NCBI GenBank assembly: GCA_963922575.1
Contig: CAWUII010000001.1
Span: 10,913-74,912, forward strand
Direction: 5' to 3'
Source of the DNA: an uncultured Opitutia bacterium
GTDB lineage: Bacteria; Verrucomicrobiota; Verrucomicrobiia; Opitutales; Coraliomargaritaceae
DNA: 64,000 bases
The number at the start of each line of letters is the position of its first letter. The first letter of the stretch is position 1. The notes beneath the pieces are model-generated. The model searched no databases, was not told the DNA's origin, and saw only the letters and a list, made by a program, of their open reading frames with translations. Made by a program: the position numbers and the translations under genes. Positions 39,798 to 49,479 of this stretch are shown piece by piece.

Positions 39798-41576
39798 ATG
39801 AAAAAAATACTCCCCGCTATCTTGTTCACTGCACTCGCAACTTCACTTGTAGCAGCGCCGCCATTTCAACAAATCATTGGAGAAGATGTAGAATTGTTCA
39901 TCAGCGTTCGCAGTTTGTCCGAGCTTCGTGAGCAATGGTCGGAGCATCCCATCGCTGAAATCTTCCAAGACGAGGACGTGCTGGAATTGTTTGATAGCTC
40001 GCAAGATGATGTAAAGGACGACGAATCTTTGGGCTTTTTTGAAAAGATTGAGGATATCTTTGGACTGACTGAAGACGAATTCTTTGAGTTGTTTCCAGGG
40101 CAGATCAGTCTTGCGCTCTACAATATGTCTGCTCAGTTCCTGCAAGAAGACGAGCAAGTCGAGTTCATTTTTATGACTGAATTTACCGGGGATGCCGAGC
40201 GGCTTGATGAGCTGATGCAGATGCAGTTTGAGCGTAATGCAAAGATGCAAAAAGAGAAAAACCCGCTCGTCGAGCATGATATGGTCGAAGAAAAATTCAT
40301 GGATGAAATCCTTCACTTTGATGAGACCTTTAACGGAGAGACAACCTACGTCGAAGATGGTTATGCCCTGGTAGATGGCATCTTCGTTTTGGCAGCTCCG
40401 GAGAGTTGTCTGCGCCGGGCAGTCGAAATGATCAAAGAAGGTCCTGAAACACCTCTTGCCAGTCTGGAGGCCTACCGACGCTCGCGTGAGCATTCCGGGC
40501 GTGGTGATTTATCCCTTTACCTGAACCTGCGTGAGCTGGTTCCGCCGCTTAATGCGGCCTTGGGTGAGCTGCCGATTAATAATGGTGCACTGGCACTTAT
40601 GGGAGTGACGCCACAAAGCCTCCAAAGCGCGCTTTCGCTGGAAGTGTTACAAGGGTTATTCTTGGATTTTGATATGGTTGAGGACGGAATCCTTGGGCAT
40701 TATGGCAGTTTTTACAGTGAAAAAGCTGGGCTCCTAAGTCTTCTTGAGTATGTCGAAGGCGAGTTACCCGAAGCTCCTTACGTCCCTGAAAACGTTTTAA
40801 GTAGCTCAGTTACCTTGTTTGATCTCAGTGCGATGTACAATAGTCTGGAGAAAATACTGAGTACCGCGAGTCCGCATATTCTCAGTATGGTGGACATTCA
40901 AATGCAGCAAGTCCAGTCGAACACCGGTGTAGACCTACGGTCCGGACTGTTGGAGAATTTCGGTACGCAGCTCGTTGTCTTCTCCGTTTTAAAGGAAGAT
41001 GCCTCTGCGACGGAGGTTGGACTTATAAAGCCCGAACAGGTTATTGTTATCGATCTCAAAAATGCAGAAGCCTTTAGCCAGTCATTTAACGCGCTCATCG
41101 ATAGTGCAGGAGGCGTCCGGTCCTCGATCCAGGAAAGTACCTTTGAAGGTGAGACTATATACAGCATTGTAAACTCGGATATGAAAACTGGAGAAAGTGT
41201 AGAAGTTCACTACGCAATCACCCGCTCCAACTTAATCCTTGTAGTTGGCCATGTCAGTTTGTTGCACAATGTTATGACGAAACTGGACAATGACATCGAC
41301 GGGTTTTGGCAGGATCCTGAGTTGATTGACTTGTTCAATCGCATTGCCCAGCCCAATCCAGTGACACGTTCCTACTATGATGCCGAGCAACTGATCGAAC
41401 CTTTCTTTAAAATGATGGTAGGTTTTGGCCGCTTTGGGAGTCCTTCCGCAGCCGGTAAGTTCGAAGAAGTTCCCGAAAGTTTAAAAGGTGCCTATCGCAT
41501 TATTGTAGAAGGCAATGAAGCACCTGGCGGATTCTTTGGGCGAACATTGATCCTCAAAGCTAAGGAAGAAAAATGA
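39798..41576 (+). CDS. secreted acidic hypothetical protein
   Basis: Signal peptide MKKILPAILFTALATSLVAAP. 592 aa. Its stop overlaps the next start (ATGA). Confidence 0.65.
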   Translation: MKKILPAILFTALATSLVAAPPFQQIIGEDVELFISVRSLSELREQWSEHPIAEIFQDEDVLELFDSSQDDVKDDESLGFFEKIEDIFGLTEDEFFELFPGQISLALYNMSAQFLQEDEQVEFIFMTEFTGDAERLDELMQMQFERNAKMQKEKNPLVEHDMVEEKFMDEILHFDETFNGETTYVEDGYALVDGIFVLAAPESCLRRAVEMIKEGPETPLASLEAYRRSREHSGRGDLSLYLNLRELVPPLNAALGELPINNGALALMGVTPQSLQSALSLEVLQGLFLDFDMVEDGILGHYGSFYSEKAGLLSLLEYVEGELPEAPYVPENVLSSSVTLFDLSAMYNSLEKILSTASPHILSMVDIQMQQVQSNTGVDLRSGLLENFGTQLVVFSVLKEDASATEVGLIKPEQVIVIDLKNAEAFSQSFNALIDSAGGVRSSIQESTFEGETIYSIVNSDMKTGESVEVHYAITRSNLILVVGHVSLLHNVMTKLDNDIDGFWQDPELIDLFNRIAQPNPVTRSYYDAEQLIEPFFKMMVGFGRFGSPSAAGKFEEVPESLKGAYRIIVEGNEAPGGFFGRTLILKAKEEK

Positions 41577-43948
41577 TTTTTGATCGGAAATCCGCTCACA
41601 GTTGTGCCTTTGGGTTTTTAAGGAGCGTTTACTCTACGGTTCGTATAGTCCGCAACATTCTTTGCACCTGCCTGTTGTGCACCGTCCTTAACTGCGAAGT
41701 GTTGGCGCTTTCCTTCTCAGGTCCGGAAGTGCTAAAGCTGGACTGGAGTACCCGTTCGCTCACTGTCAGCGACGTCGACAACGATGGACTGAACGATCTG
41801 ATTGTGATCAACAACGATACTGCAAAGATCGAACTACTGTTTCAACTGCCTGAAGATGCAGATGGCGTGCGCAAGAAGCGACAATTTAAACGAAATCGTT
41901 GGGAGCCGGAACTGGAAGATGCCCGCTTCGAAAGAGAGGCAATCACGATCGGATTCCCGCTATTTGATCTAGCTATAGGTGATTTGAACGGAGATGGTCT
42001 GGACGATCTGGCCTACACCGGCCGCGAGCGTCCGCTTACGGTGCGCTTCCAGGGAGAATCCGGAAGCTGGACGGAGATTGAGGAATTCGATGGGTTCGAA
42101 GCATTGGGATGGACCGGGACGCTGAAAATTGCCGACTTGTATGCCGACGGAAACGCAGAGATGGTCGTTGTCTCCGCCGAAGGGCTGCGAATTATCGAAC
42201 AGGGAGATGACGGAAACCTCCACGAAAAAGAGCTCTATTATATCACTGGTCAGAATCCGTTTAACCTCATTATCGACGATGTCACGCGTGATAATCGTGC
42301 CGACATTATCTATGTAAGCTCCAACGGTAAGCAGTCACTTGTGTTGCGCGAACAGCTCAAGGAAGGCGGCTTTGGGCCGGAGCTACGGTTTCCATTTGAG
42401 AAGCCGATGCGTTCGATCCGCGTACTTCCCCATCGCAAAGGTGAACCTGTTGCCTTTTGTGCGATTGATTCGCGCAGTGGAAGCCTTGAATTTTTCGAAC
42501 TAGAGCGGCAAAAAGCTGCCGCAGAAAAAGCCGATATTCCGTCTGAACAGCCGGAAGTTTATCCTATTTTTGGGAAGAGTAAGTTAGCGCCGAGCTATGC
42601 GTTTGGCGACCTCAATAGCGATGGGTTGGAAGATATTCTGGTTGCCAATCCTGGCAAAGCAGAGGTTGTACTGTTCCTAAAAGACACCGGCTACTTTCAC
42701 TCGCCGCAGACCTTTCCAAGCTTTTCGGAGATCTCATCGATGTCTTACGGTCATTTCTTTGAAGGGGATCACCGTACTCTTGCTATCGTTAGTGCCGGAG
42801 AGAGCATGATGGGCATCAGTCACATGAGTCCGGAAGGGCGGATCGAGTTTCCTCGACAGCTTAACATCGGTGAGGGAGATCCGCTGGTGTGTGAAGCAGT
42901 TGACCTGGATCGTGACGGCTACCACGAACTGGCCTTTGTCAGCGAAGCTGATGATAGGACGACTTTGATCCTGGCACGTCCCGCCGATCGCAGTGATGCT
43001 GAAATCGAGTGGATCGAGATCGCGAGTATTGATCTTAAGGATATAAGGCGTAAGCCAAGCGCGATTCGTGAGATCCCTGCCTTTGACGGCAACAAACCCG
43101 GGCTGATGGTATTTATACCCAGAGAGGCTCCGCTCTTCTTTTCCATAGATACTGCCGATACACTTGAGCTGAAAGAAATCGCCAGTACGTCCAATCTTCG
43201 GGAAAGTTTATTAAAAGGTGTCCAGCCCGTTCAGGTGAGTGTTATCGATATAGACGCGGACGGCAGGAACGAAATTGTGGTAGGTCAAAAGGGATATGCA
43301 CGTGCATTACAGATAAAAGGTGAAACGCTTGAGATGGTGGATCAGTTTAATGCGCGCAGTAGCGAAGACACGGTTTCCACAATTATTCCTGTTTACAAGG
43401 AAGGCAGTGTGCAGCAGCTGGTTCTTTACATTGAGGAAGCCGGAGAGTTTCAGCTCGTCAAACGCGATGCCGATGATGTATTTCGCTACGAGACTTCGGT
43501 GGATGTAGGCAGGATTGAGCTGATCGATTGGTATAAACTTTCAAATTCTCAGGGCGACGAGTCCTTTATCTTCGTAGGTACAGACCGTTTCTGGAATCTG
43601 ACAAACGGTGCCGACGTATGGAAACGTGTCGTTAGTGGAAGTTACGAGACAGAACTTGAAGACGTTTTTTACAACTTTGTTGAGAGCGCCGATTTTAAAG
43701 GAGAGGGCTCGTTCGAGCTGATTGCGGTCGATGGACAAAACCATGTCGTCGAAATTATATCCAAAAAAGGGGATCAACTGGAGAGCCAAATGTTCTGGGA
43801 AATCTTTGAACAAAATCTTCACTACCAAGGGCGCAATGGCAGTCAAACAGAGCCGCGTCAGGCAGTAATCGCCGATCTTACCAACGACGGAAAGCTAGAC
43901 TTCGCTTTCTTGGTGCACGATCGTATTTTGTTTTATCCTCAACGTTGA
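41573..43948 (+). CDS. FG-GAP/VCBS repeat (integrin-alpha-like beta-propeller) protein
   Basis: Repeated Ca-binding-like loops DVDNDGLNDLIV, GDLNGDGLDDLA, GDLNSDGLEDILV, DLDRDGYHELAF, DIDADGRNEIVV and DLTNDGKLDFAF. Confidence 0.8.
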   Translation: MIFDRKSAHSCAFGFLRSVYSTVRIVRNILCTCLLCTVLNCEVLALSFSGPEVLKLDWSTRSLTVSDVDNDGLNDLIVINNDTAKIELLFQLPEDADGVRKKRQFKRNRWEPELEDARFEREAITIGFPLFDLAIGDLNGDGLDDLAYTGRERPLTVRFQGESGSWTEIEEFDGFEALGWTGTLKIADLYADGNAEMVVVSAEGLRIIEQGDDGNLHEKELYYITGQNPFNLIIDDVTRDNRADIIYVSSNGKQSLVLREQLKEGGFGPELRFPFEKPMRSIRVLPHRKGEPVAFCAIDSRSGSLEFFELERQKAAAEKADIPSEQPEVYPIFGKSKLAPSYAFGDLNSDGLEDILVANPGKAEVVLFLKDTGYFHSPQTFPSFSEISSMSYGHFFEGDHRTLAIVSAGESMMGISHMSPEGRIEFPRQLNIGEGDPLVCEAVDLDRDGYHELAFVSEADDRTTLILARPADRSDAEIEWIEIASIDLKDIRRKPSAIREIPAFDGNKPGLMVFIPREAPLFFSIDTADTLELKEIASTSNLRESLLKGVQPVQVSVIDIDADGRNEIVVGQKGYARALQIKGETLEMVDQFNARSSEDTVSTIIPVYKEGSVQQLVLYIEEAGEFQLVKRDADDVFRYETSVDVGRIELIDWYKLSNSQGDESFIFVGTDRFWNLTNGADVWKRVVSGSYETELEDVFYNFVESADFKGEGSFELIAVDGQNHVVEIISKKGDQLESQMFWEIFEQNLHYQGRNGSQTEPRQAVIADLTNDGKLDFAFLVHDRILFYPQR

Positions 43949-43975
43949 CGAGGCCCCCTCAAACTCACGTTTAAA

Positions 43976-44347
43976 TTGGCAAACACAGAACAGCGGGAAG
44001 TCATCCTATGTGTGCTAAAAGATGCACACCGACCACTCACGCGTGAAGAGATACTTGGACGCGGTCGCAAGTATTTGCCGCGTCTGGGTGTTGCGACCGT
44101 GAACCGTGCCATCCGCACGATGACGGAAAACTTTGAAATCGTCGGCGTCGAGTATCCCGGACAACCACGACGTTATGAACTGCCGGTTGGTCGAGAACAC
44201 CCGCATTTTATCTGTCGGAAGTGTGATCGGGTATTCGATCTGCCGCCGCCCATGCGATTGCCATCCGTAGACGTACCCGAAGGCTTTGTGGTGACCGGTG
44301 GCGAGATTGTTTACTCAGGCAACTGCGCAGAGTGTTCCGCTGACTAG
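43976..44347 (+). CDS. Fur-family transcriptional regulator (short; TTG start)
   Basis: Winged-helix N-terminus, HPHFICRKCDRVFDL and C-terminal GNCAECS (two CxxC pairs). Confidence 0.8.
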   Translation: MANTEQREVILCVLKDAHRPLTREEILGRGRKYLPRLGVATVNRAIRTMTENFEIVGVEYPGQPRRYELPVGREHPHFICRKCDRVFDLPPPMRLPSVDVPEGFVVTGGEIVYSGNCAECSAD

Positions 44348-44389
44348 CCGTAGGCGGGTGAGTGAAACAATTATCTCTGCTACTGGGCG

Positions 44390-44419
44390 CGCCGACGTCC
44401 CCGTCGGCGTGGCAGTTTT
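44390..44419 (+). terminator. GC-rich hairpin, possible terminator after the fur-family gene
   Basis: 8-bp stem cgccgacg/cgtcggcg with loop tccc; a short T4 run begins 6 nt later. Confidence 0.35.
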
Positions 44420-44437
44420 GAATGCCGATCTAGTAAA

Positions 44438-45322
44438 CTAGCCTTTGTAGATCCGCAAAAGTGCGTCGGCGATCTCAGATGGATTGCGGGCGATGGAGAC
44501 ACCAGCGTCTTCCATGGCTGCAAACTTGGCTTCTGCAGTTCCAGCACCGCTGGCGGATACAATGGCTCCCGCGTGTCCCATAGTGCGACCTTTGGGTGCC
44601 GAAGCTCCGGCGATAAAGCCGGCAACCGGCTTTTTCACATGTTCTTTGATGTAGGCACAGGCTGCTTCCTCGGCATTGCCGCCGATTTCACCGATCATGA
44701 TAATCGCATCGGTGTCCGGATCTTCGTTAAACATGCGTATGGCATCCAGCTGTGAAGTGCCGTTGATCGGGTCGCCGCCGATTCCGATACAGGTGGATTG
44801 GCCGTGCCCGCGCTGGGTCAGTTGATAGACTGCTTCGTAAGTCAATGTGCCGGAGCGCGAAACCACGCCGACTCTACCGGGCTTGTGAATGTAGCCGGGC
44901 ATAATGCCGATCTTGCACTCACCGGGAGTGATGATCCCCGGGCAGTTGGGGCCGATCAGTCGTGTATTTGTATTGTGAAAGAAGAGGCGACGACGCACTT
45001 CGGCCATATCGCGCACCGGGACACCTTCAGTAATGCAGATGACGAGCGGTATCTCCGCATGAATGGACTCGAGTATGGAGTCAGCAGCGAAGGCCGGCGG
45101 CACATAAATGACGGAGGCATTGGCACCGTGTTCTTTAACTGCTTCGGCTACGGTGTTGCAAACCGGTACTTTGTCTTCCCAGATTTGTCCGCCCTTGCCA
45201 GGAGTTACTCCGGCAACAACGTTGGTTCCGTACTCAATACACTGTTTTGTGTGGAACGTTCCAGTTTTACCTGTGATGCCTTGGACAACCAAGCGGGTGT
45301 CTTTATTTACGAGAATACTCAT
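44438..45322 (-). CDS. sucD: succinate--CoA ligase subunit alpha
   Basis: [23 protein letters not shown] and phosphohistidine loop MGHAGAIV. Confidence 0.92.
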   Translation of the reverse strand: MSILVNKDTRLVVQGITGKTGTFHTKQCIEYGTNVVAGVTPGKGGQIWEDKVPVCNTVAEAVKEHGANASVIYVPPAFAADSILESIHAEIPLVICITEGVPVRDMAEVRRRLFFHNTNTRLIGPNCPGIITPGECKIGIMPGYIHKPGRVGVVSRSGTLTYEAVYQLTQRGHGQSTCIGIGGDPINGTSQLDAIRMFNEDPDTDAIIMIGEIGGNAEEAACAYIKEHVKKPVAGFIAGASAPKGRTMGHAGAIVSASGAGTAEAKFAAMEDAGVSIARNPSEIADALLRIYKG

Positions 45323-45393
45323 AGATACCGTTTAATTAATGATTAATTTGAAAAATCAGAATACCATAACCCTTTCCAATGGGAGTCAAGACT

Positions 45394-45596
45394 TCGAACG
45401 TCGAACATTGAACGTCGAACTTTGAACATTGAATTCATGGGTTCTGCTATGGAAACCGTAAATTCTATGTTCCGCCAAAATAGTGTTTCCAAGAAAGGAA
45501 AGTGAAAAAGCCGTAAAATTAATTCGTGTCGATTCATGGTTTCTAATTATCCCACCACTTCATTATTCAAAGTTCGACGTTCAAAGTTCTATGTTC
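45394..45596. mobile_element. second composite GAAC-heptad element (inverted arms 45394-45436 and 45565-45596)
   Basis: The left arm contains ttgaacgtcgaactttgaa. The reverse complement of the right arm contains the same 19-mer. The core has gaaaggaaagtgaaaaag, similar to the core of the 29839-29994 element. Confidence 0.5.
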
Positions 45597-45663
45597 CTAC
45601 GAGATTATATTTTTGACGAAAGCGAGTTGTTGGCTACTTGTGCTGTTTATATCTTATTAATTT

Positions 45664-46932
45664 ATGATCGATGTAAAACTACTTCGAGAGCAGCCGGATG
45701 CGGTTCGGTCTGCAATTTCTCACAAAAAGTTCACCTGTGATATTGATGCGGTTCTTGAGCTGGATAGGCTCCGTCGCGAAAAAATAACGGAGGCGGAGCA
45801 GGCGCGTGCCCAACAGAAGGCCGCAAATAAGGAAATGGCTTCCCTGCCAAAGGGGTCTCCGGAGTTCATTGAAAAGGTCAAGGAAATGAAGACCATCGGA
45901 GCTGAGGCGAAGGCATTGGAGTCAGCAGCAAAAGATGCCGACGAAAAATTCCAGCAAGCCTTGCTCTCAATTCCCAACCTGGCGGATGCCTCGGTGCCGG
46001 TCGGCGATAGTGAAGATGCCAATGAAGTCGTTGCGACTTGGGGGGATGCCGATGCAGCATTCCCGCACGCGTTACCACATTTTGATATTCCATGGTTTGA
46101 ATCGCGGGTAGACTTCGCCAGAGGTGTCAAGGTCGCCGGAGCCGGCTTTCCATTCTATGTGGGTGAGCTGTCGCGCCTGGTGCGTGCGCTGATCAACTTT
46201 TTTCTGGAAGAAGCACGCCAGTCCGGATACGAGGAAGTGACGCCGCCGATCCTGGTAAATGAAGAAAGCGCGACTGCGACCGGGCAACTCCCCGACAAAG
46301 AAGGGCAAATGTATGCCGATGCTAATGAGGGCCTCTATGTCATTCCCACCGCTGAAGTGCCGGTGACCAACTTTTATCGGGGCGAGATTCTGGATGCTGA
46401 TCAACTGCCGATACGTCGCTGCGCGTACACACCTTGCTTTCGTCGTGAGGCCGGTAGCTGGGGCGCGCATGTTCGCGGATTGAACCGTCTGCACCAATTT
46501 GACAAGGTCGAACTGGTCAAATGGACCGATGCAGAAACCAGCATGGCTGAACTCGATTCCCTTCGATCGAACGTGGAAAAGTTACTTCAAAAACTGGGCT
46601 TGCCCTACCGCGTCTTATTGATGTGCACCGGGGACATTGGATTTACGCATGCCAAGCAGTATGATCTCGAAGTCTTTGCCGCAGGGCAGAAGCGTTGGCT
46701 GGAGGTGTCGAGCTGTAGTAACTTTACAGACTTTCAGGCCCGTCGGGCAAACATTCGTTACCGTGGGCCGGATGGTAAGCCGGTGACTGCACATACCCTC
46801 AATGGCTCTGCTCTGGCAGTACCTAGAGTACTGGCAGCGATTCTTGAGAATAACCTACAGGCCGACGGGCGCGTACGATTACCCGAGTGTTTACATCCGT
46901 GGATGCAACAGGAGTATATTGGAGAGGTGTGA
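45664..46932 (+). CDS. serS: seryl-tRNA synthetase
   Basis: MIDVKLLREQPD N-terminus, coiled-coil arm, and class II motifs PTAEVP, FRREAGS and GSALAVPR. Confidence 0.95.
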   Translation: MIDVKLLREQPDAVRSAISHKKFTCDIDAVLELDRLRREKITEAEQARAQQKAANKEMASLPKGSPEFIEKVKEMKTIGAEAKALESAAKDADEKFQQALLSIPNLADASVPVGDSEDANEVVATWGDADAAFPHALPHFDIPWFESRVDFARGVKVAGAGFPFYVGELSRLVRALINFFLEEARQSGYEEVTPPILVNEESATATGQLPDKEGQMYADANEGLYVIPTAEVPVTNFYRGEILDADQLPIRRCAYTPCFRREAGSWGAHVRGLNRLHQFDKVELVKWTDAETSMAELDSLRSNVEKLLQKLGLPYRVLLMCTGDIGFTHAKQYDLEVFAAGQKRWLEVSSCSNFTDFQARRANIRYRGPDGKPVTAHTLNGSALAVPRVLAAILENNLQADGRVRLPECLHPWMQQEYIGEV

Positions 46933-47140
46933 TTTATTTTTTAGTCCGCAATTAAAACGCGGATTTTACTAATAACAGGGCGGTTCAGACAGGCTTCTGG
47001 TGATCTTCGGAATCGCTGATTTCGATATTATCGGTGTTCGGTTAGGCAATTTATGTTGCAAAATCAACACTGGCATTTCAGGCCAGAAATAAATTGTCTT
47101 TCTCAAGTTAAGCCATTGCTGTAAATCAAGATTAAGTACT

Positions 47141-47692
47141 ATGGAATTTTTCCAGGAAAATACATTTCTCTATAACGTGACCGCCGGAATTGTCGTACTG
47201 GTGTTGTTTTTGCTGGTTCTGAAATTCGTGGAGAGTCTTGCCAAGACCCTCCTTATTTCTATCGGTGTCTTGATCGTCGGATACGGACTGATCAAATTCT
47301 TTCCCAATGTAGCCAGACCAGTCACCAAACTTCTCGGTAGTAGCTGGATGGACAATGAGAAAAGTAGTGATGAGAACAGTGAGACTCGCTCCGAGAGCAG
47401 TGACTATTACGATAAGAGTACTTACTATGACAGTAAAAGTAGTACCCACTATGACAGCAACAGTAGTACCCACTATGAGAGCTATAATTACGATGGTAGC
47501 AGTATCTATAATGACGGAAATACATATGATGGTGACAACACGTACGATCAAAACGGTATCTACGATGACAACGGTACCCAAGATTATAACGGCACCCATG
47601 ATTACAAAGGCACCTACGATGATAGTTATGATTATTACGAGAACGACATTTACTATGAAAATAATGACAACTACAGAAATGTTGGTGAGTAA
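47141..47692 (+). CDS. two-helix membrane protein with Tyr/Asp/Asn/Ser/Thr-rich repeat tail
   Basis: Helices AGIVVLVLFLLVLKFV and LLISIGVLIVGYGLIKFF, then ~100 aa of roughly 8-residue units (SSTHYDSN, SSTHYESY, DGNTYDG, DNTYDQNG, IYDDNGTQ...). Same strand as its neighbours. Confidence 0.6.
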   Translation: MEFFQENTFLYNVTAGIVVLVLFLLVLKFVESLAKTLLISIGVLIVGYGLIKFFPNVARPVTKLLGSSWMDNEKSSDENSETRSESSDYYDKSTYYDSKSSTHYDSNSSTHYESYNYDGSSIYNDGNTYDGDNTYDQNGIYDDNGTQDYNGTHDYKGTYDDSYDYYENDIYYENNDNYRNVGE

Positions 47693-47752
47693 ACTGCACA
47701 ATTTGATATTTGTCGTTGCTCACATCCGTCAGGGTTAGTTTTTTTCTGTTCA

Positions 47753-49258
47753 ATGGCAAAACAAACAAAGCACGCAATTACACCCACCCGGAGTGAAGAC
47801 TACCCGGAGTGGTACCAGCAGGTTGTCAAAGCCGCTGATCTCGCAGAGACATCACCGGTACGTGGTTGTATGGTCATCAAGCCCTGGGGGTATGCAATAT
47901 GGGAAAATATCCAACGCGATCTGGATCGTCGTTTTAAGGAGACGGGGCATAAAAACGCGTACTTCCCGCTGTTTATTCCGATGAGCTACTTGCAAAAGGA
48001 AGCTGAGCATGTAGACGGTTTTGCCAAAGAATGCGCTGTAGTGACGCATTCACGTCTCGAGGCAGATGCGGATGGCGTGCTTCAACCGGCAGGCAAGCTC
48101 GAAGAGCCACTCATTGTACGACCCACTTCCGAGACGATTATTGGTGAACTCTTTTCGAAGTGGGTAAAATCGTATCGAGACCTTCCCCTGTTGATTAATC
48201 AATGGGCCAATGTTGTCCGCTGGGAGATGCGCACACGTCTCTTCCTGCGCACTACGGAATTTCTCTGGCAGGAAGGCCATACGGTGCATGCAACTGCAGA
48301 AGAAGCAATCGAAGAGACCCGACGGATGCTGGATCTGTATGCAGACTTTGCAGAAAATGTCCTGGCAATGCCGGTCATCACTGGAGAAAAAACAGCCGCC
48401 GAACGCTTTCCCGGTGCCGAGGCTACCTACGCAATCGAAGCCATGATGCAGGATCGCAAGGCGTTGCAGGCGGGTACATCACACTTCCTTGGTCAGAATT
48501 TTGCCAAATCCAGCAATATTAAATACCTCAGCGCCGAGGGCGAAGAGACCTTTGCATGGACAACATCCTGGGGCGTTTCCACCCGTTTGATTGGTGGTTT
48601 GATTATGACACATTCCGACGACGACGGTCTTATATTGCCACCACGTATTGCACCCTCACATGTAGTGATCATACCGGTAACACCGAAAGAGGAGACACGT
48701 TCGGCAGTGCTCAACTACTGTCACGAATTTAAACAGGCCCTGGAAGCCAAGCACTACATGGGCGAGCCAGTCAAAGTTGAGCTGGATGATCGCGATATGC
48801 GCGGCGGTGAAAAGGTGTGGCACTGGATTAAAAAAGGGATTCCGATACGTGTCGAAATCGGACCACGTGACATGGAAAATGACAGTGTCTTCGTCGGTCG
48901 CCGCGACAAGGCTCCAAAAGACAAGCAAAGCTACAAGCGCGATGAGTTCACTTCCAGAATCAGTGACCAGCTGGATGATATCCAGGCCGTATTGTTTGCT
49001 CGGGCAAAGAAGTTTCGCGATGATAATACTCGAGAAATCAAAAGTGAGGCAGAGTTCAAAGCCTTTTTTAATGCTTCAGATGAATCCGGTGGGTTTGCCT
49101 TGATGGGTTTCTGCTGTGATCCTGAGCTTGAGGAGCAAATTGCCCAAAAGTACAAAGTCAGCGTGCGTTGCATACCCAACAAGACAGGGGATGAATCCGT
49201 GCCTTGCGCATTTACCGGAAAGCCTGGTAAGCGCGTGATTTTTGCAAGATCGTACTAA
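47753..49258 (+). CDS. proS: prolyl-tRNA synthetase (archaeal/eukaryote-like type, no INS domain)
   Basis: EDYPEWYQQVVKAADLAE..SPVRGCMVIKPWGYAIWE N-terminus, RPTSET, WTTSWG, and a C-terminal domain ending in Y. Confidence 0.95.
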   Translation: MAKQTKHAITPTRSEDYPEWYQQVVKAADLAETSPVRGCMVIKPWGYAIWENIQRDLDRRFKETGHKNAYFPLFIPMSYLQKEAEHVDGFAKECAVVTHSRLEADADGVLQPAGKLEEPLIVRPTSETIIGELFSKWVKSYRDLPLLINQWANVVRWEMRTRLFLRTTEFLWQEGHTVHATAEEAIEETRRMLDLYADFAENVLAMPVITGEKTAAERFPGAEATYAIEAMMQDRKALQAGTSHFLGQNFAKSSNIKYLSAEGEETFAWTTSWGVSTRLIGGLIMTHSDDDGLILPPRIAPSHVVIIPVTPKEETRSAVLNYCHEFKQALEAKHYMGEPVKVELDDRDMRGGEKVWHWIKKGIPIRVEIGPRDMENDSVFVGRRDKAPKDKQSYKRDEFTSRISDQLDDIQAVLFARAKKFRDDNTREIKSEAEFKAFFNASDESGGFALMGFCCDPELEEQIAQKYKVSVRCIPNKTGDESVPCAFTGKPGKRVIFARSY

Positions 49259-49479
49259 CTTTTTTGCTAACGCCTTACTTTGACGTGGAACTAAGATAAC
49301 CGGGTCTGGCGGGGTTTGGTAAAAAAAGTAAAATTTTTAAAATTAGAGGGTTGACGAACTTAAATTAACTCTCTTTTTTCTACCGTTCTTCTCTAAATCT
49401 AGGGATACACAATTTTTACTTAACCACTAACGCAGGTTTTTAGTCAACGAAGTACCCACTTCGCCTGCCAATTAGTATT

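Noticed and set aside
45483-45740. 85-aa ORF spanning the sucD/serS intergenic region and overlapping the serS start.
   Set aside because: It runs through the repeat element and overlaps the well-supported serS N-terminus (MIDVKLLREQPD). No motif or RBS is present.
47132-47777. Minus-strand ORFs 47132-47701 and 47322-47777, and plus-strand 47355-47738, over the Y/D/N repeat.
   Set aside because: They are open only because the codon repeat lacks stops in several frames. The I/V/T-rich product is the antisense image of the YDN repeat. The frame chosen has an ATG, transmembrane helices and the neighbours' orientation. This remains unproven and is listed as a finding.
49351-49379. TTGACG upstream of rplC, considered as a -35 box for the ribosomal operon promoter.
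   Set aside because: No plausible -10 hexamer lies at 16-18 nt spacing (a T6 run occupies that position). Promoter consensus for this lineage is unknown to me.
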